A DNA stretch of 64,000 bases from Planctomycetota bacterium (GCA_046290465.1 JBKAGP010000001.1:288001-352000); one strand, 5' to 3'. Numbered from the stretch's first letter, positions 10,182-19,876 are shown. The notes: generated from the letters alone by a model not told the origin. Numbers and translations are program-made.

Positions 10182-11126
10182 TCAGCGGGGGTGGCGCAGG
10201 TTGGTGGCCTGGGTCTGGCACCAGGTGGCGTCGCGCCGGCCGTTGGCGATCACGTAGAACTGGTCCAGCAGCAGCGGCTCGTCCTTGCGGATCTTGACGG
10301 TGCGGGTGGCGCCGAAGCGGCCGTAGTCGCGCGTCGACCAGGTGGTCTTGCCGCGGTTGGTGGGGCCCTCGACGCGCAGGATCGTAAACGTGCGGTCGCC
10401 GTGGTCCTGGATCGCGGCGATCCAGTCGCACCCGGTCCAGACGTCGTTGCCGTGGTGCTCGGCGGACTTCGGTCGCACGTAGGTGACCTTGGTCGCACCG
10501 TCCGGCGCGAACGCCTGCGGCGAACGGAACTGCTGGCCGGCGTGCTGCGGGTCGCCGCCGAGCGTCACCTCGTGGCTCGCGGCGCGCAGTTCGTTGCGCA
10601 GGTGCAGCGTGTAGGAGTCCTCGTTCTGGGCCAGCATCTGCAGGCCGCGTCGTTCGATGACCACCGGCTCGCCCTCCGGCGTCACCCAGTGCACCTCGCA
10701 GACCTGCGCGCCGTCGGCCATGCCGAGCTGGTCCGGCGCGACGAACCGCTCGAACACCTGCAGCTCCTGCTTCGGCATGTGCCAGAAGTCGAACCTGCGG
10801 CCGTTCCAGCGGGTCTGGTTCCAGCCGACGAACAGCCCCTTGTGGTGCTGGAACCGGCCGCCGTTGCCCTTGGTCAGCAACGTGCCGTCCAGGGCGCGCA
10901 CGTGGTGGAACACCTTGCAGGTGTCGTGGTGGTGCTTGGGGTCGTGCTTGCGCCGGAACAGCGTCGTCGCCGGCTTGCCGTCGGCGAACGTCAGGTCCGC
11001 GCCCGGCTTCGGCTTCGGCTGCTGCTGCGATGGCTTCGGCTGCGCAGGCCGCGGTGCGGCCTCCTGCGCGACCACTGCGACGGACAGCAGCGCGACGAAC
11101 GAGAACGACGAGAGGGGGCGTGCCAC
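10182..11126 (-). CDS. Secreted DUF6807 ('PmoA-like' beta-sandwich) family protein
   Basis: Signal peptide from GTG 11126; KVFHHV, FQHHKGLFVGW, DFWH, HP-like..WSTRDYGRFGA motifs. Confidence 0.7.
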   Translation of the reverse strand: MARPLSSFSFVALLSVAVVAQEAAPRPAQPKPSQQQPKPKPGADLTFADGKPATTLFRRKHDPKHHHDTCKVFHHVRALDGTLLTKGNGGRFQHHKGLFVGWNQTRWNGRRFDFWHMPKQELQVFERFVAPDQLGMADGAQVCEVHWVTPEGEPVVIERRGLQMLAQNEDSYTLHLRNELRAASHEVTLGGDPQHAGQQFRSPQAFAPDGATKVTYVRPKSAEHHGNDVWTGCDWIAAIQDHGDRTFTILRVEGPTNRGKTTWSTRDYGRFGATRTVKIRKDEPLLLDQFYVIANGRRDATWCQTQATNLRHPR

Positions 11127-11170
11127 CAACGCATGGTAGCACCGCGCGCAGCCACCTCTACGCTCTCGGC

Positions 11171-12349
11171 ATGCAACTGGCACTGTACGTGCATCCGTTC
11201 GATCTGCGCGCGCTCGACGCCCACGGCGGCCTCGCCCGCCTGCGCGACCTCGGCTTCGGCGAACTGTCGATGGCAACCAGCTACCACGACGGTCGCTGGC
11301 TGACGCCGTGGAACCCCGAGCGCCGGGTGCGCTTCCTCGAGGACGGCTGCGTGCACTTCCGTCCCGACGGCGACTACGGCGAACTGCAGCCGGTGCCGTC
11401 GAGCGAGGTGCCGACGGACGGCCCGTCGCCGCTGCAGCGGCTGTGTACCGACGCCGGCGAGGCGGGCCTGCAGGTGCGCGCCTGGACGGTGTTCGGCCAC
11501 AACACGCCGTTCGGCCTGCGCGCGCCGCAGCTGTCGGTCGCCAACGCCCACGGCGACCGCTACCCCTACGCGCTGTGCCCGGCGCAGCCGGCCGTGCGCG
11601 CCTACCACACGCAGCTGGTGCGCGAGTTGGCCGCGCACGAAGGTGTCGGCACGATCGAACTCGAAGCCCTCGGCCAGATGGGCATCCAGCACTCGAGCCA
11701 CCACGACAAGAAGTCGTTCTCGCCCAAGGGGCTGCTCGCGTTCGCGCTGTCGGCGTGCTTCTGCGACGCCTGCATGGTCCTGCACCGCGAGCTCGACCAG
11801 GACGGGGAGGCGCACCGCCAGCAGGTGCACGCGTTCGTCGACGCCATGACCACGGACGCGGACGCGATGGCGCCGCCGTCGCCGCCCAACGACGACGCCG
11901 CGCTCGACGAAGCCCAGCGCGCCTGGGTCGACGCCGTGATCGCGGTGCGCGCGCGGTCCGTGCAGCGCATGGCCGAGGCGGTGGTCGCCGCGAGCGGCGC
12001 CGTCGCCCGCGCCGTGCAGGTTCACCCCGACCGCTGGTTCACCGGCAGCCAGCTGTCGGCGGCGTCGGCGGAGGCGTTCCCCGCGACCGACCAGCGCGTG
12101 TTCACGTGCTACGGCGAGAACCCGGAGCAGATCGCCGCACTGATCGAGCACGACGGCGCACGCGCGACGGCCGGTTCGCCGCGTCGGCTGTGCATCTGGC
12201 CGAAGGCGCCGCAATTCACCTGTGACGAAGATCTCGTGAAGACCAAGGCGCTGTGCGCCGAGCACGGCATCGACTCGATCGCCGTCTACCATCTCGGCCT
12301 TCTGCCGTGGCGAACGGTCGAACGCGTCGCCAAGATACTCGGAGCATGA
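11171..12349 (+). CDS. Putative TIM-barrel glycoside-hydrolase-like protein (uncharacterised)
   Basis: ALYVHPFD, ATSYH, AWTVFGHN, NAHGDRYPYALCPAQPAVRAY, ELEALG, SACFCDAC, YHLGL. Confidence 0.6.
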   Translation: MQLALYVHPFDLRALDAHGGLARLRDLGFGELSMATSYHDGRWLTPWNPERRVRFLEDGCVHFRPDGDYGELQPVPSSEVPTDGPSPLQRLCTDAGEAGLQVRAWTVFGHNTPFGLRAPQLSVANAHGDRYPYALCPAQPAVRAYHTQLVRELAAHEGVGTIELEALGQMGIQHSSHHDKKSFSPKGLLAFALSACFCDACMVLHRELDQDGEAHRQQVHAFVDAMTTDADAMAPPSPPNDDAALDEAQRAWVDAVIAVRARSVQRMAEAVVAASGAVARAVQVHPDRWFTGSQLSAASAEAFPATDQRVFTCYGENPEQIAALIEHDGARATAGSPRRLCIWPKAPQFTCDEDLVKTKALCAEHGIDSIAVYHLGLLPWRTVERVAKILGA

Positions 12350-14001
12350 TGCGCCTCTGCTCCGTGTTCGTCTCCGCCGTCCTGTTCGCCGCGACCGTCG
12401 CCGCCCAGGACGACTCCCCGCAGCAGCGGCCGCGACTGTGCGTGCTGGTGTCGGTCGACCAGCTGGCCGACTGGGTGTTCGAGCTGGGGCAGCCGTTCTA
12501 TGCGCCGGACGGCGGCTTCCGGCGGCTGCAGCGCGACGGCGTGCGGTTCGCCAACTGCGCCTACGAGCACGCCTGCACCGAGACCGGGCCCGGCCACGCG
12601 ACGATCGGAACCGGCGCGCCCGCCAGCCGGCACGGCATCGTCAAGAACCAGTGGTACTCGCGCGCCGACAAGGGCCTCGTCTACTGCGTCGGCGAGCCGG
12701 CCGAAGCGCTGCCGGAGCTGCCCGAGGGCAAGGACCGCGGCCCCGGCCGCATGCTGGTGCCGACGCTCGCCGATTCGCTGAAGGCGCACGTGCCTGGCGG
12801 CAAGGTCGCGTCGGTCGCGTGGAAGGATCGTTCGGCGATCCTGATGGGCGGGCCGTCGGCCGACGTCTGCGCGTGGTTCGAGAAGTCGACCGGCAACCTG
12901 GTCACCAACAAGAACTGGGTCGACGAGACGCCGGCCTGGCTGCTGGCCTTCAACCGTGAGCGCGTCATCGACGGCTGGTTCGGCAAGCCGTGGCAGCGCA
13001 GCGGTCCGGACGAGGCCTACCGCGGGCTGGTCGACGATCGTCGCTACGAGTGGCCACACTTCAACAACAGCGGCCAGCGCACGCTGCCGCAGCCGCTGAC
13101 TGGCGGCCTGACGCAGCCCGGCGCGGCCTACTACAACCAGATCTACGCGTCGCCGTTCGGCAACACGATGGTGCGGCACGCGGCGGCGGCGGCGGTGCGC
13201 GGCATGCAGCTCGGCAAGGACGACGCGGCCGACCTGCTGTGCGTCAGCTTCTCGGCGACGGACCTGGTCGGTCACTACTTCGGCCCGGACTCGGTCGAGG
13301 CGCGCGACGCCTTGCTGCGGCTCGACGGCGAGCTCGGCGCCCTGTTTGCGATGCTCGACGAAGAGGTCGGCGACGGCCGCTGGACGGTGTTCGTGACCGC
13401 GGACCACGGCGTCGGCCCGACGCCCGAACAGGCGCGCAGCAACGGCGTCGCGGCCGGCCGCGGACCGCTCGACACCTGGGTCAAGTCGGCGGTCGAGACG
13501 GCGCTCAAGAAGGCGTTCGGGCCGCGGGAAGGCGGCGGCGCCTACGTCGAGCGCGTCAGCGAGAACACCGTCTACCTCGACCGGCTGGCGATCGCGCCGA
13601 TGCGCGACGCGGCGCTGCGCCTCGCGGCGACCGCGGCGGCCACGGTGCGCGGCGTGATGAGCGCCTACTCGACCGACGAACTGCAAAACGACCACGATCA
13701 CGCCGATCCGATCCGGCGCGCGCTCGCCAATGCGGTCGTGCCGGGCCGCGCGGGCGAGGTGCAGTTCGTGATCCAGCCATACTGGATCAACGGCACGATC
13801 CCGGCTTCGCACGGCAGTCCGCACAGCTACGACCGTGAGGTCGTCGGCTTCGCGATGGGCCTCGGGGTGCCGCGCGGCGAGCACCACGCGCACCCGATCA
13901 CGCCGGGCTTCGGCGTCAGCCTGTTCGCCAAGCTGCTGCGGATCCCGCGCCCCAGCGCCGCCGACGAACGGGTGCCCGCCGGCTTGCTCGACCTGAAGTA
14001 G
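12346..14001 (+). CDS. Alkaline phosphatase superfamily protein (PafA/NPP-like)
   Basis: VSVDQL, TETGPGHATIGTG (Thr nucleophile), KDRSAIL, SFSATDLVGH, TADHG, HGSPHSYD; ATGA overlap with the upstream gene. Confidence 0.9.
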   Translation: MMRLCSVFVSAVLFAATVAAQDDSPQQRPRLCVLVSVDQLADWVFELGQPFYAPDGGFRRLQRDGVRFANCAYEHACTETGPGHATIGTGAPASRHGIVKNQWYSRADKGLVYCVGEPAEALPELPEGKDRGPGRMLVPTLADSLKAHVPGGKVASVAWKDRSAILMGGPSADVCAWFEKSTGNLVTNKNWVDETPAWLLAFNRERVIDGWFGKPWQRSGPDEAYRGLVDDRRYEWPHFNNSGQRTLPQPLTGGLTQPGAAYYNQIYASPFGNTMVRHAAAAAVRGMQLGKDDAADLLCVSFSATDLVGHYFGPDSVEARDALLRLDGELGALFAMLDEEVGDGRWTVFVTADHGVGPTPEQARSNGVAAGRGPLDTWVKSAVETALKKAFGPREGGGAYVERVSENTVYLDRLAIAPMRDAALRLAATAAATVRGVMSAYSTDELQNDHDHADPIRRALANAVVPGRAGEVQFVIQPYWINGTIPASHGSPHSYDREVVGFAMGLGVPRGEHHAHPITPGFGVSLFAKLLRIPRPSAADERVPAGLLDLK

Positions 14002-14032
14002 CCGGGCGCGAGCCGTTCGGTGGGGTTGGTTC

Positions 14033-14078
14033 GCGGCGAATGTTGGAGGACGAACCAGGTACCGTACGGCAAGGTTCA
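14033..14078 (-). repeat. Dispersed ~45-bp intergenic repeat, copy A
   Basis: Reverse complement gaaccttgccgtacggtacctggttcgtcctccaacattcgccgcg closely matches 50633-50678. Confidence 0.75.
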
Positions 14079-14177
14079 GGTGGCGACCGGGCGGTGGGAT
14101 GGGGGCCTGGGGGGTGGTGCACCGGAAGTGCCGGGTGTGGGGGAGCGGTGGGGTCGACTTGGGTCCCGGAACCCGAG

Positions 14178-14786
14178 ATGCATAGACTGATCGAGCAACA
14201 TCCCCTGCAGCGTGGTGCGCACCCTTCGCGCGACGACGGCATGTGTGCCATGGAGATGGTCGCGTGGCTGGCGGGCGAGGCGCACAGCGACGAGCCCGAG
14301 TGCGCGTGCCCGGTGATGGCGGCGCTGGTGCGCGCCTGCAACGACGCGATGACCGACCATGCGCGCAACGTGCACCTGCGGCCGCTGGTGCCGCTGCTGG
14401 TCAACTCGCGGCGCACCGCGGCGGTCGAACGCGCGCGCGGCCTGGTCGCGATCGACGGCATGGTGCGCACGCTGCTGCCGTCGTGGCTGGCCCGGCATGG
14501 CCGTCACGAGGAGGCGACGCTGCTGCGCGAACTGGCGCCGATCGAACGGCTCGAGGACGTGCGCACGGCGCAGCGCGCGATCGCGACGTTCGCGCGCGAC
14601 CAGCGGGCCGCCCGCTGGGTGCTCGACCGCGCGCTCGAGGGCGTGCCGGCGCCGCGCTACGTCGCCGGCGTCGTGCAGGTCGCGCGCGCCCTCAACGACG
14701 GCGCCAGCTGGGCGGAGATGGCGACGCTCGCCGAGCGCATGGTCGCGGCGCGCGTCGGGGTCGGCCCGTCGTTCGCGTTCGAGTAG
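14178..14786 (+). CDS. Conserved hypothetical protein with a Cys/His-rich N-terminal motif
   Basis: L.RGAH....DGMCAMEMVAWLAGEAHSDEPECACPV...RACND; coding-like GC3 bias. Confidence 0.7.
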   Translation: MHRLIEQHPLQRGAHPSRDDGMCAMEMVAWLAGEAHSDEPECACPVMAALVRACNDAMTDHARNVHLRPLVPLLVNSRRTAAVERARGLVAIDGMVRTLLPSWLARHGRHEEATLLRELAPIERLEDVRTAQRAIATFARDQRAARWVLDRALEGVPAPRYVAGVVQVARALNDGASWAEMATLAERMVAARVGVGPSFAFE

Positions 14787-14975
14787 TTCGCGAGCCCGCC
14801 GCGGATGCGTTTGGGCGCATCCACCCGGTCAGGCAAGAGCAGACGGGGGAGACAGGTCGGGCGAGACCCGCAGTCGAGAAAAACGGCCCCGATCTGGCAC
14901 CGCAGCGGCGGATCTGGCGCAAGGTCTCGCGTCGTCGCCCCTGCGACGCCCGGACCCCGACTTCCCACCCGATCC

Positions 14976-16067
14976 ATGATCCGTTCCCTAGCCGTTCTCA
15001 GCTCCTCCTGCCTCCTGACCCTGCAGGCTGCCGCCCAGGTCGCGGTGCCCGCGCACGCGCCGCTCGCCGAGGGCCACAGCTCGACCTCGATGCCGTTCGG
15101 CCGGCCGGGCTTCCACACCCAGATCGTCATCGACGCGAGCGCGGTCGCGACCAACGGCGCGGTGCTGACCGGTCTGCGGCTGCGCGGCGACCGGCCGTCG
15201 GCGCCGCTCGCGGCGACCTCGGTGCCCAACGTCACGGTCACGCTGAGCCACACCTCGGCCGCGCCCGGCACGATGAGCGACACGTTCGCCAACAACGTGA
15301 CCAGCGCGGGCACGGTCGTGTTCCAGGGCACGGTGCAGCTGCCGGCCGTGCCGGAGAGCTATGCCGGGCCGCTCGGCTGGGACATCCAGGTGCCGGTCAA
15401 CTCCTTCACCTTCAACGCATCGCTGGGCAACCTGCTGATCGACATCGTCGGCAACAACGCCGCCGGCCAGTCGGCCAGCTACTACCTCGACGCCGAACGT
15501 CCCGGCGGTTCGGCGACCAGCTTCGGCGACGGCCCGCCGCTGTCGAACTTCGACTACCCGTACGTGCTGGCGACGGTGGCCGGCGGGGCCGATCCGCTGC
15601 AGTTCGTGCCCGGCAGCACCATCGACCTGATCGTCTCGACGTCGTTCTCGCAGCCGCCGGGCGTGATGGCGCTCGGCACCACCGGCCTGAACGTGCCGAT
15701 CGACCTCGGCCTGATCGGCGCGCCCGGCAACGAGGCCTACGTCGACCCGATCCTGTTCACGACGCTGCAGTGGCAGGGCAGCTTCATCGGCTGGAACGGC
15801 ATCGCGTCGGTCGCCGTGCCCAACCAGCCGGCGCTGGTCGGCACCGTGCTCTACGGCCAGGGCGTGCTGCTCGACGCGCCGTCGAACGCGCTCGGCCTGA
15901 TCACGACCGAGGCCGTCGAGGTCCGCCTCGGCGACGCGTCGCCGCTGCTGAGCCAGCAGCTGGACGCGTCGGATCCGGCCGCGGCGACCGGCACGCTGCT
16001 CGACTTCGGCTTCGGCCAGCCGATCTACGGTGCGGTGCCGGTGCTGCTCGAAGGCACGTTCTTCTAG
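14976..16067 (+). CDS. Secreted beta-rich hypothetical protein
   Basis: Signal peptide ending AAAQ; C-terminal VPNQPALVGTVLYGQGVLLD..SNALG motif resembling repeated C-terminal domains of secreted proteins in uncultured planctomycetes (from recall). Confidence 0.7.
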   Translation: MIRSLAVLSSSCLLTLQAAAQVAVPAHAPLAEGHSSTSMPFGRPGFHTQIVIDASAVATNGAVLTGLRLRGDRPSAPLAATSVPNVTVTLSHTSAAPGTMSDTFANNVTSAGTVVFQGTVQLPAVPESYAGPLGWDIQVPVNSFTFNASLGNLLIDIVGNNAAGQSASYYLDAERPGGSATSFGDGPPLSNFDYPYVLATVAGGADPLQFVPGSTIDLIVSTSFSQPPGVMALGTTGLNVPIDLGLIGAPGNEAYVDPILFTTLQWQGSFIGWNGIASVAVPNQPALVGTVLYGQGVLLDAPSNALGLITTEAVEVRLGDASPLLSQQLDASDPAAATGTLLDFGFGQPIYGAVPVLLEGTFF

Positions 16068-16132
16068 CGGTTGCGATGCTCGCGTCGCCGCCGCCGTCCG
16101 CGAGGCCACGATGCAGCGCCCGGCCGCGTATC

Positions 16133-16741
16133 ATGGCGCGGCCCGTGCCTGCATCCGACGAACCTCCGCAGCTGACCCGGCTGCTGCACCGCGCCGCGAG
16201 CGGCGAGCTCGACGCCGCCGACCAGGCGCTGCCGCTGGTCTACCGCGAGCTGCGCGCGATCGCGCAGCAGCGCATGGCGGGCGAACGGCGCGACCACACG
16301 CTGCAGGCGACGGCGCTGGTGCACGAGGCGTGGCTGCGGCTGATCTCGTCCGACCAGGCGCGCTTCGAGGATCGCGCGTCGTTCTACCGCGCGGCGGCCA
16401 ACGCGATGCGCTACGTGCTGGTCGACCACGCCCGCCGTCGCCACCGGCTCAAGCGCGGCGGCGACCGCCAGCGGGCTGCCGATACGGTCGCCGAACTGGT
16501 CGCGCCGCGGCCGGACCTCGAAGATCCGACCACGTTCCTGCAGCTCGACGAGGCGATCGACGCGCTCGAGCACGAGGACCCGCGCGCCGCCGGCATCGTG
16601 CGGCTGCGCTTCTTCGCGGGGCTCGGCGTCGACGAGACCGCGGCCGCGATGGGGCTGTCGCGGCGAACGGTGCTGCGCGAATGGGCGTTTGCGCGGGCGC
16701 GGCTGTTCGCGGCGCTCGGTGGTGGGGACGTCGATGGTTGA
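16133..16741 (+). CDS. ECF sigma factor, kinase-associated (TIGR02999-like)
   Basis: LPLVYRELRAIA...HTLQATALVHEAWLRL, AANAMRYVLVDHARR..RLKRGG, VRLRFFAGL...TVLREWAFARA. Start could instead be GTG 16145. Confidence 0.92.
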   Translation: MARPVPASDEPPQLTRLLHRAASGELDAADQALPLVYRELRAIAQQRMAGERRDHTLQATALVHEAWLRLISSDQARFEDRASFYRAAANAMRYVLVDHARRRHRLKRGGDRQRAADTVAELVAPRPDLEDPTTFLQLDEAIDALEHEDPRAAGIVRLRFFAGLGVDETAAAMGLSRRTVLREWAFARARLFAALGGGDVDG

Positions 16742-19325
16742 GGCGCGACGCCCGGAGCTGCCCGCCGACGATCCGCGGGTCAAGCACCTGTTCGCGGTCG
16801 CGCTGGACCTCTCGGCTGACGAGCGGGAGCGATTCGTATCGCGTTCGTGCGGCGACGACCGCGAGCTGCGCGGTTGCCTCGAACGGCTGCTGCGCGCCCA
16901 CGAGCAGGCCGGCGACTTCCTGGCGCACCCCGCGGCGCTGGTCGAGCAGGCGGCTTCGGCGGGTGACGGCGATGGCCCGATCGGTGACCGGCTGCTCGAC
17001 GACGGCCTGCAGCCCGGCGACCGCGTCGGCCCGTGCGAGCTGGTCGAGCGCATCGCCACCGGTGGCTTCGGGTCGGTCTGGCGCGCGCGGCAGCTGCAGC
17101 CGGTCGAACGGCCGGTCGCGCTCAAGTTGCTACGGCGCCGAGGTGAGGCTGCGGCGGCAGAACTGCGCGCCGAACGCCAGACGCTGGCGCGCATGCAGCA
17201 CCCGGGCATCGCGAGCATGTTCGACGCCGGCGTCGAGCACGGCCGGCCGTGGCTGACGATGGAGCTGGTCGACGGCGAGCCGATCACCACCTGGTGCCAG
17301 CGGCAGGCGCTGCCGCTGGCCGCGCGCCTGGAGCTGTTCGCGCAGCTGGGTGCGGCGCTGCAGCACGCGCACGCCAAGGGCGTCGTGCACCTCGACCTGA
17401 AGCCGGCCAACGTGCTGGTGACCGAGCGCGAGGGCATCGCCGCGCCGGTGGTGATCGACTTCGGCATCGCGCGCGACCTGTCGCGGTGTGGGGCGCGCGC
17501 CGAGCACGAAAGCCGCGCCGGCGGCACCGCCGGCTACATGAGCCCGGAGCAGGCGCTCGGCCAGGCTGCCGCCCCGGACGCGCGCAGCGACATCTATTCG
17601 CTCGGCGTGTTGCTGCGCGAACTCGCCGACCAGCACCACGATCGTGCGGGCCAGCCGGCCTCGGCCGCGCTGCCGCGCGAGCTCGCTTGGATCGTGCAGC
17701 GCGCAACCGCCAGCGAGCCGGCGCAGCGCTACCAGGCCGTGGCGGCGCTGCTCGACGACGTGCGACGGCTGCAGGCGCACGAACCGGTCACGGCCGGGCC
17801 CGACACGTTCGGCTACCGGGTGCACTGCTTCGCACGGCGGCACCGCACCTTCGCGGTGGCGGCGGCGTCGGTGGTGCTGGCACTCGCGCTCGGCGTCACC
17901 GTTGCGGCCAACGGCTGGTGGCGCGCGGCGGCGGCCGAGCAGGCGGCGCGCGACGACCAGCAGCGCGCCGAGCTCGCCTCGCAGCGCGCCCACCGGGCGC
18001 TCGACCTGCTCGACGAACTCTGGTCGCGCGCCGATCCGAGCCGGCTCGGCCAGGCCGACTACCCGGCGAGCCGGCTGCTGGCCGACAGCCTGCGCGGCGT
18101 GCCGGCGCGGCTCGGCGAGGAGCCGCAGATCGAACTGCGCGTGCGCCGCACGATGACCGGACTGCAGCGCTTCCTCGGCGAACTCGACGACGCCGGGGTG
18201 CACGCCGACCGCGCCGTCGCGCTGGCGCGGCAGCTCGACGACCCCGACGAACTGGCGCGGGCGCTGACCCAGCGCGCGATGGTGGCGGTGACCCGTGGCG
18301 ACGTCGACGCGGCCGAAGCCGACGTGCGCGAGGCGCGCGCGCTGGCGCCGCGGGTCGGCCAGCGGCAGCGGCTCGAGGCGATGGCCGACACGCTGCTGGC
18401 CGACTGCGCGCAGCGGCGCGGCGAGCTCGAACGCGCGCTCGAGCTGCTGCAGCGCGCGCACCAGGTCCGGGTCCGCCTCGGCGAGCCGGCGGCGATCGCG
18501 CACGCCCTGCTGCGCATCGCCAACCTCTACGGCGCGGTGGGGCGAGTGGATCCGGCGCTGCTGGCGGTCGCCGAGGCGATCGCGCTGCAGGGCGAACTCG
18601 GCGAGGACCATCCCGACGTGCTGTCGGCGCTGCAGCACCGGGCGTTCCTGCTGCAGCATCGCGGCGACCTGGAGGGCGCGGAGGTGGCGTTCCGCGACAG
18701 CCTCGCGCGGCGCCTGCGCGTCTACGGCGAGCACCATCACCACGTCGCGTGGGCGCGCGCGGACCTCGCCTGGCTGCTGCACCAGCGCGAGCAGCACGAC
18801 GAGGCCGCCCGACTGCTGCGGGGCGCCTCGGCGACGCTGCTGCAGCGCCTCGGCGAACGCCACCGCCTGGTCCACGAGGCCCGCCAGCGGCTGGGCACGG
18901 TGCTCGCACGCCTCGGACGGATCGACGAGGGCGAGACGGTGCTCGCGGCCGCGGTCGCCGGCATGCGCGCGGCACCCGAACGCGACCACGCCGGCCTCGT
19001 CAACGCGCTCGGCAACCTGGCCGGGGTGCACTGGCAGCAGGGCCGCCGCGACGACGCGATCCGCGGCCAGCGCGAGGCGCTGGAGCTGGCGCGCGGCAGC
19101 CTGCCCGACGACCACTTCGTGTGCACGGTCGGCATGACCAACCTGGCCTGGATGGTCGAACAGCACGGTGATCCCGACGAAGCGGTCGACCTGCTGCGCG
19201 AGGCGTTCCTGCGGGCGCGCACCGCGGGCCGCGTCGGCGAAGCGGAGCTCGAGCGCGCGCGGCTCGACGCGCTGCTGCGCCGCCTGGGCCGCGACGCCGA
19301 GGCCGACGCGCTCGACCGCCGCTGA
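16734..19325 (+). CDS. Membrane Ser/Thr protein kinase with C-terminal TPR repeats
   Basis: GGFGSVW, VALK, HLDLKPAN, DFG, GTAGYMSPEQ, DIYSLG; TM helix; TPR_10/12-like repeats. Confidence 0.92.
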   Translation: MVEARRPELPADDPRVKHLFAVALDLSADERERFVSRSCGDDRELRGCLERLLRAHEQAGDFLAHPAALVEQAASAGDGDGPIGDRLLDDGLQPGDRVGPCELVERIATGGFGSVWRARQLQPVERPVALKLLRRRGEAAAAELRAERQTLARMQHPGIASMFDAGVEHGRPWLTMELVDGEPITTWCQRQALPLAARLELFAQLGAALQHAHAKGVVHLDLKPANVLVTEREGIAAPVVIDFGIARDLSRCGARAEHESRAGGTAGYMSPEQALGQAAAPDARSDIYSLGVLLRELADQHHDRAGQPASAALPRELAWIVQRATASEPAQRYQAVAALLDDVRRLQAHEPVTAGPDTFGYRVHCFARRHRTFAVAAASVVLALALGVTVAANGWWRAAAAEQAARDDQQRAELASQRAHRALDLLDELWSRADPSRLGQADYPASRLLADSLRGVPARLGEEPQIELRVRRTMTGLQRFLGELDDAGVHADRAVALARQLDDPDELARALTQRAMVAVTRGDVDAAEADVREARALAPRVGQRQRLEAMADTLLADCAQRRGELERALELLQRAHQVRVRLGEPAAIAHALLRIANLYGAVGRVDPALLAVAEAIALQGELGEDHPDVLSALQHRAFLLQHRGDLEGAEVAFRDSLARRLRVYGEHHHHVAWARADLAWLLHQREQHDEAARLLRGASATLLQRLGERHRLVHEARQRLGTVLARLGRIDEGETVLAAAVAGMRAAPERDHAGLVNALGNLAGVHWQQGRRDDAIRGQREALELARGSLPDDHFVCTVGMTNLAWMVEQHGDPDEAVDLLREAFLRARTAGRVGEAELERARLDALLRRLGRDAEADALDRR

Positions 19326-19378
19326 ACCGGGCCCCGCCGCGGTTCAGCCGAACGGCCCCGAACGCCGATGGGTGCGGC

Positions 19379-19876
19379 ATGTCCGCTGCGTTGCGTTGGC
19401 TCGGGGTGCCGGGAGCGATGGTCGTGTTGACCGGCGTGCTGTCGCTCGAAGGCGGCAGTCGCACCGCGACGCCGCAGGCGGATCCGCCGGTGGTCGCGAC
19501 GCCCGCGCCGCGGGTTCCGGACCTGGTCGTCGCGCGCGACGCCAGCGGCCGTCGGCAGCTGCTGCCGTTCGGTGGCTTCGCGCAGCAGGCGCTGGTGCTC
19601 GAGCTGCCCGCGCACTGCGCCGGCCGGCGCGCCACCGTGCGCCTGTTCCGCCGGCGCGGGGAGGTCCGCGACCCGCGGCCGTGGATCGAAGCGCATCCGA
19701 CGGTGCGCGCCGACGGCACCGTGCCGATGGCCGGGGTCGTCGCCGGCGCCTACGACGTCGAGGTCGAGCTTCAGGGCGTCGGCACGTTCGCGGCGACGTC
19801 GGCGCGTTCGCCGGGCTCGGTGTCGGTGTCGGGGGCGGCCGCGCGGCCGTCGGCGGGCGCAGCGCCGCCGCGCTGA
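19379..19876 (+). CDS. Hypothetical exported or membrane-anchored protein
   Basis: Hydrophobic N-terminus, beta-sandwich-like C-terminus (GAYDVEVEL); fills the gap between genes. Confidence 0.5.
   Translation: MSAALRWLGVPGAMVVLTGVLSLEGGSRTATPQADPPVVATPAPRVPDLVVARDASGRRQLLPFGGFAQQALVLELPAHCAGRRATVRLFRRRGEVRDPRPWIEAHPTVRADGTVPMAGVVAGAYDVEVELQGVGTFAATSARSPGSVSVSGAAARPSAGAAPPR

Noticed and set aside
10182..11126. Methane monooxygenase ('PmoA' family label)
   Set aside because: Soluble signal-peptide protein without multiple TM helices and without pmoB/pmoC; the label is a misnomer.
14787..14975. Riboswitch or ncRNA in a hairpin-containing intergenic region
   Set aside because: Short stems exist (e.g. 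GGATGCG...CGCATCC), but I could not match any known riboswitch or tRNA consensus.
14243..16132. 832-aa ORF as a giant sigma factor
   Set aside because: Only the last ~200 aa are sigma-like; the rest overlaps two real genes in another frame.
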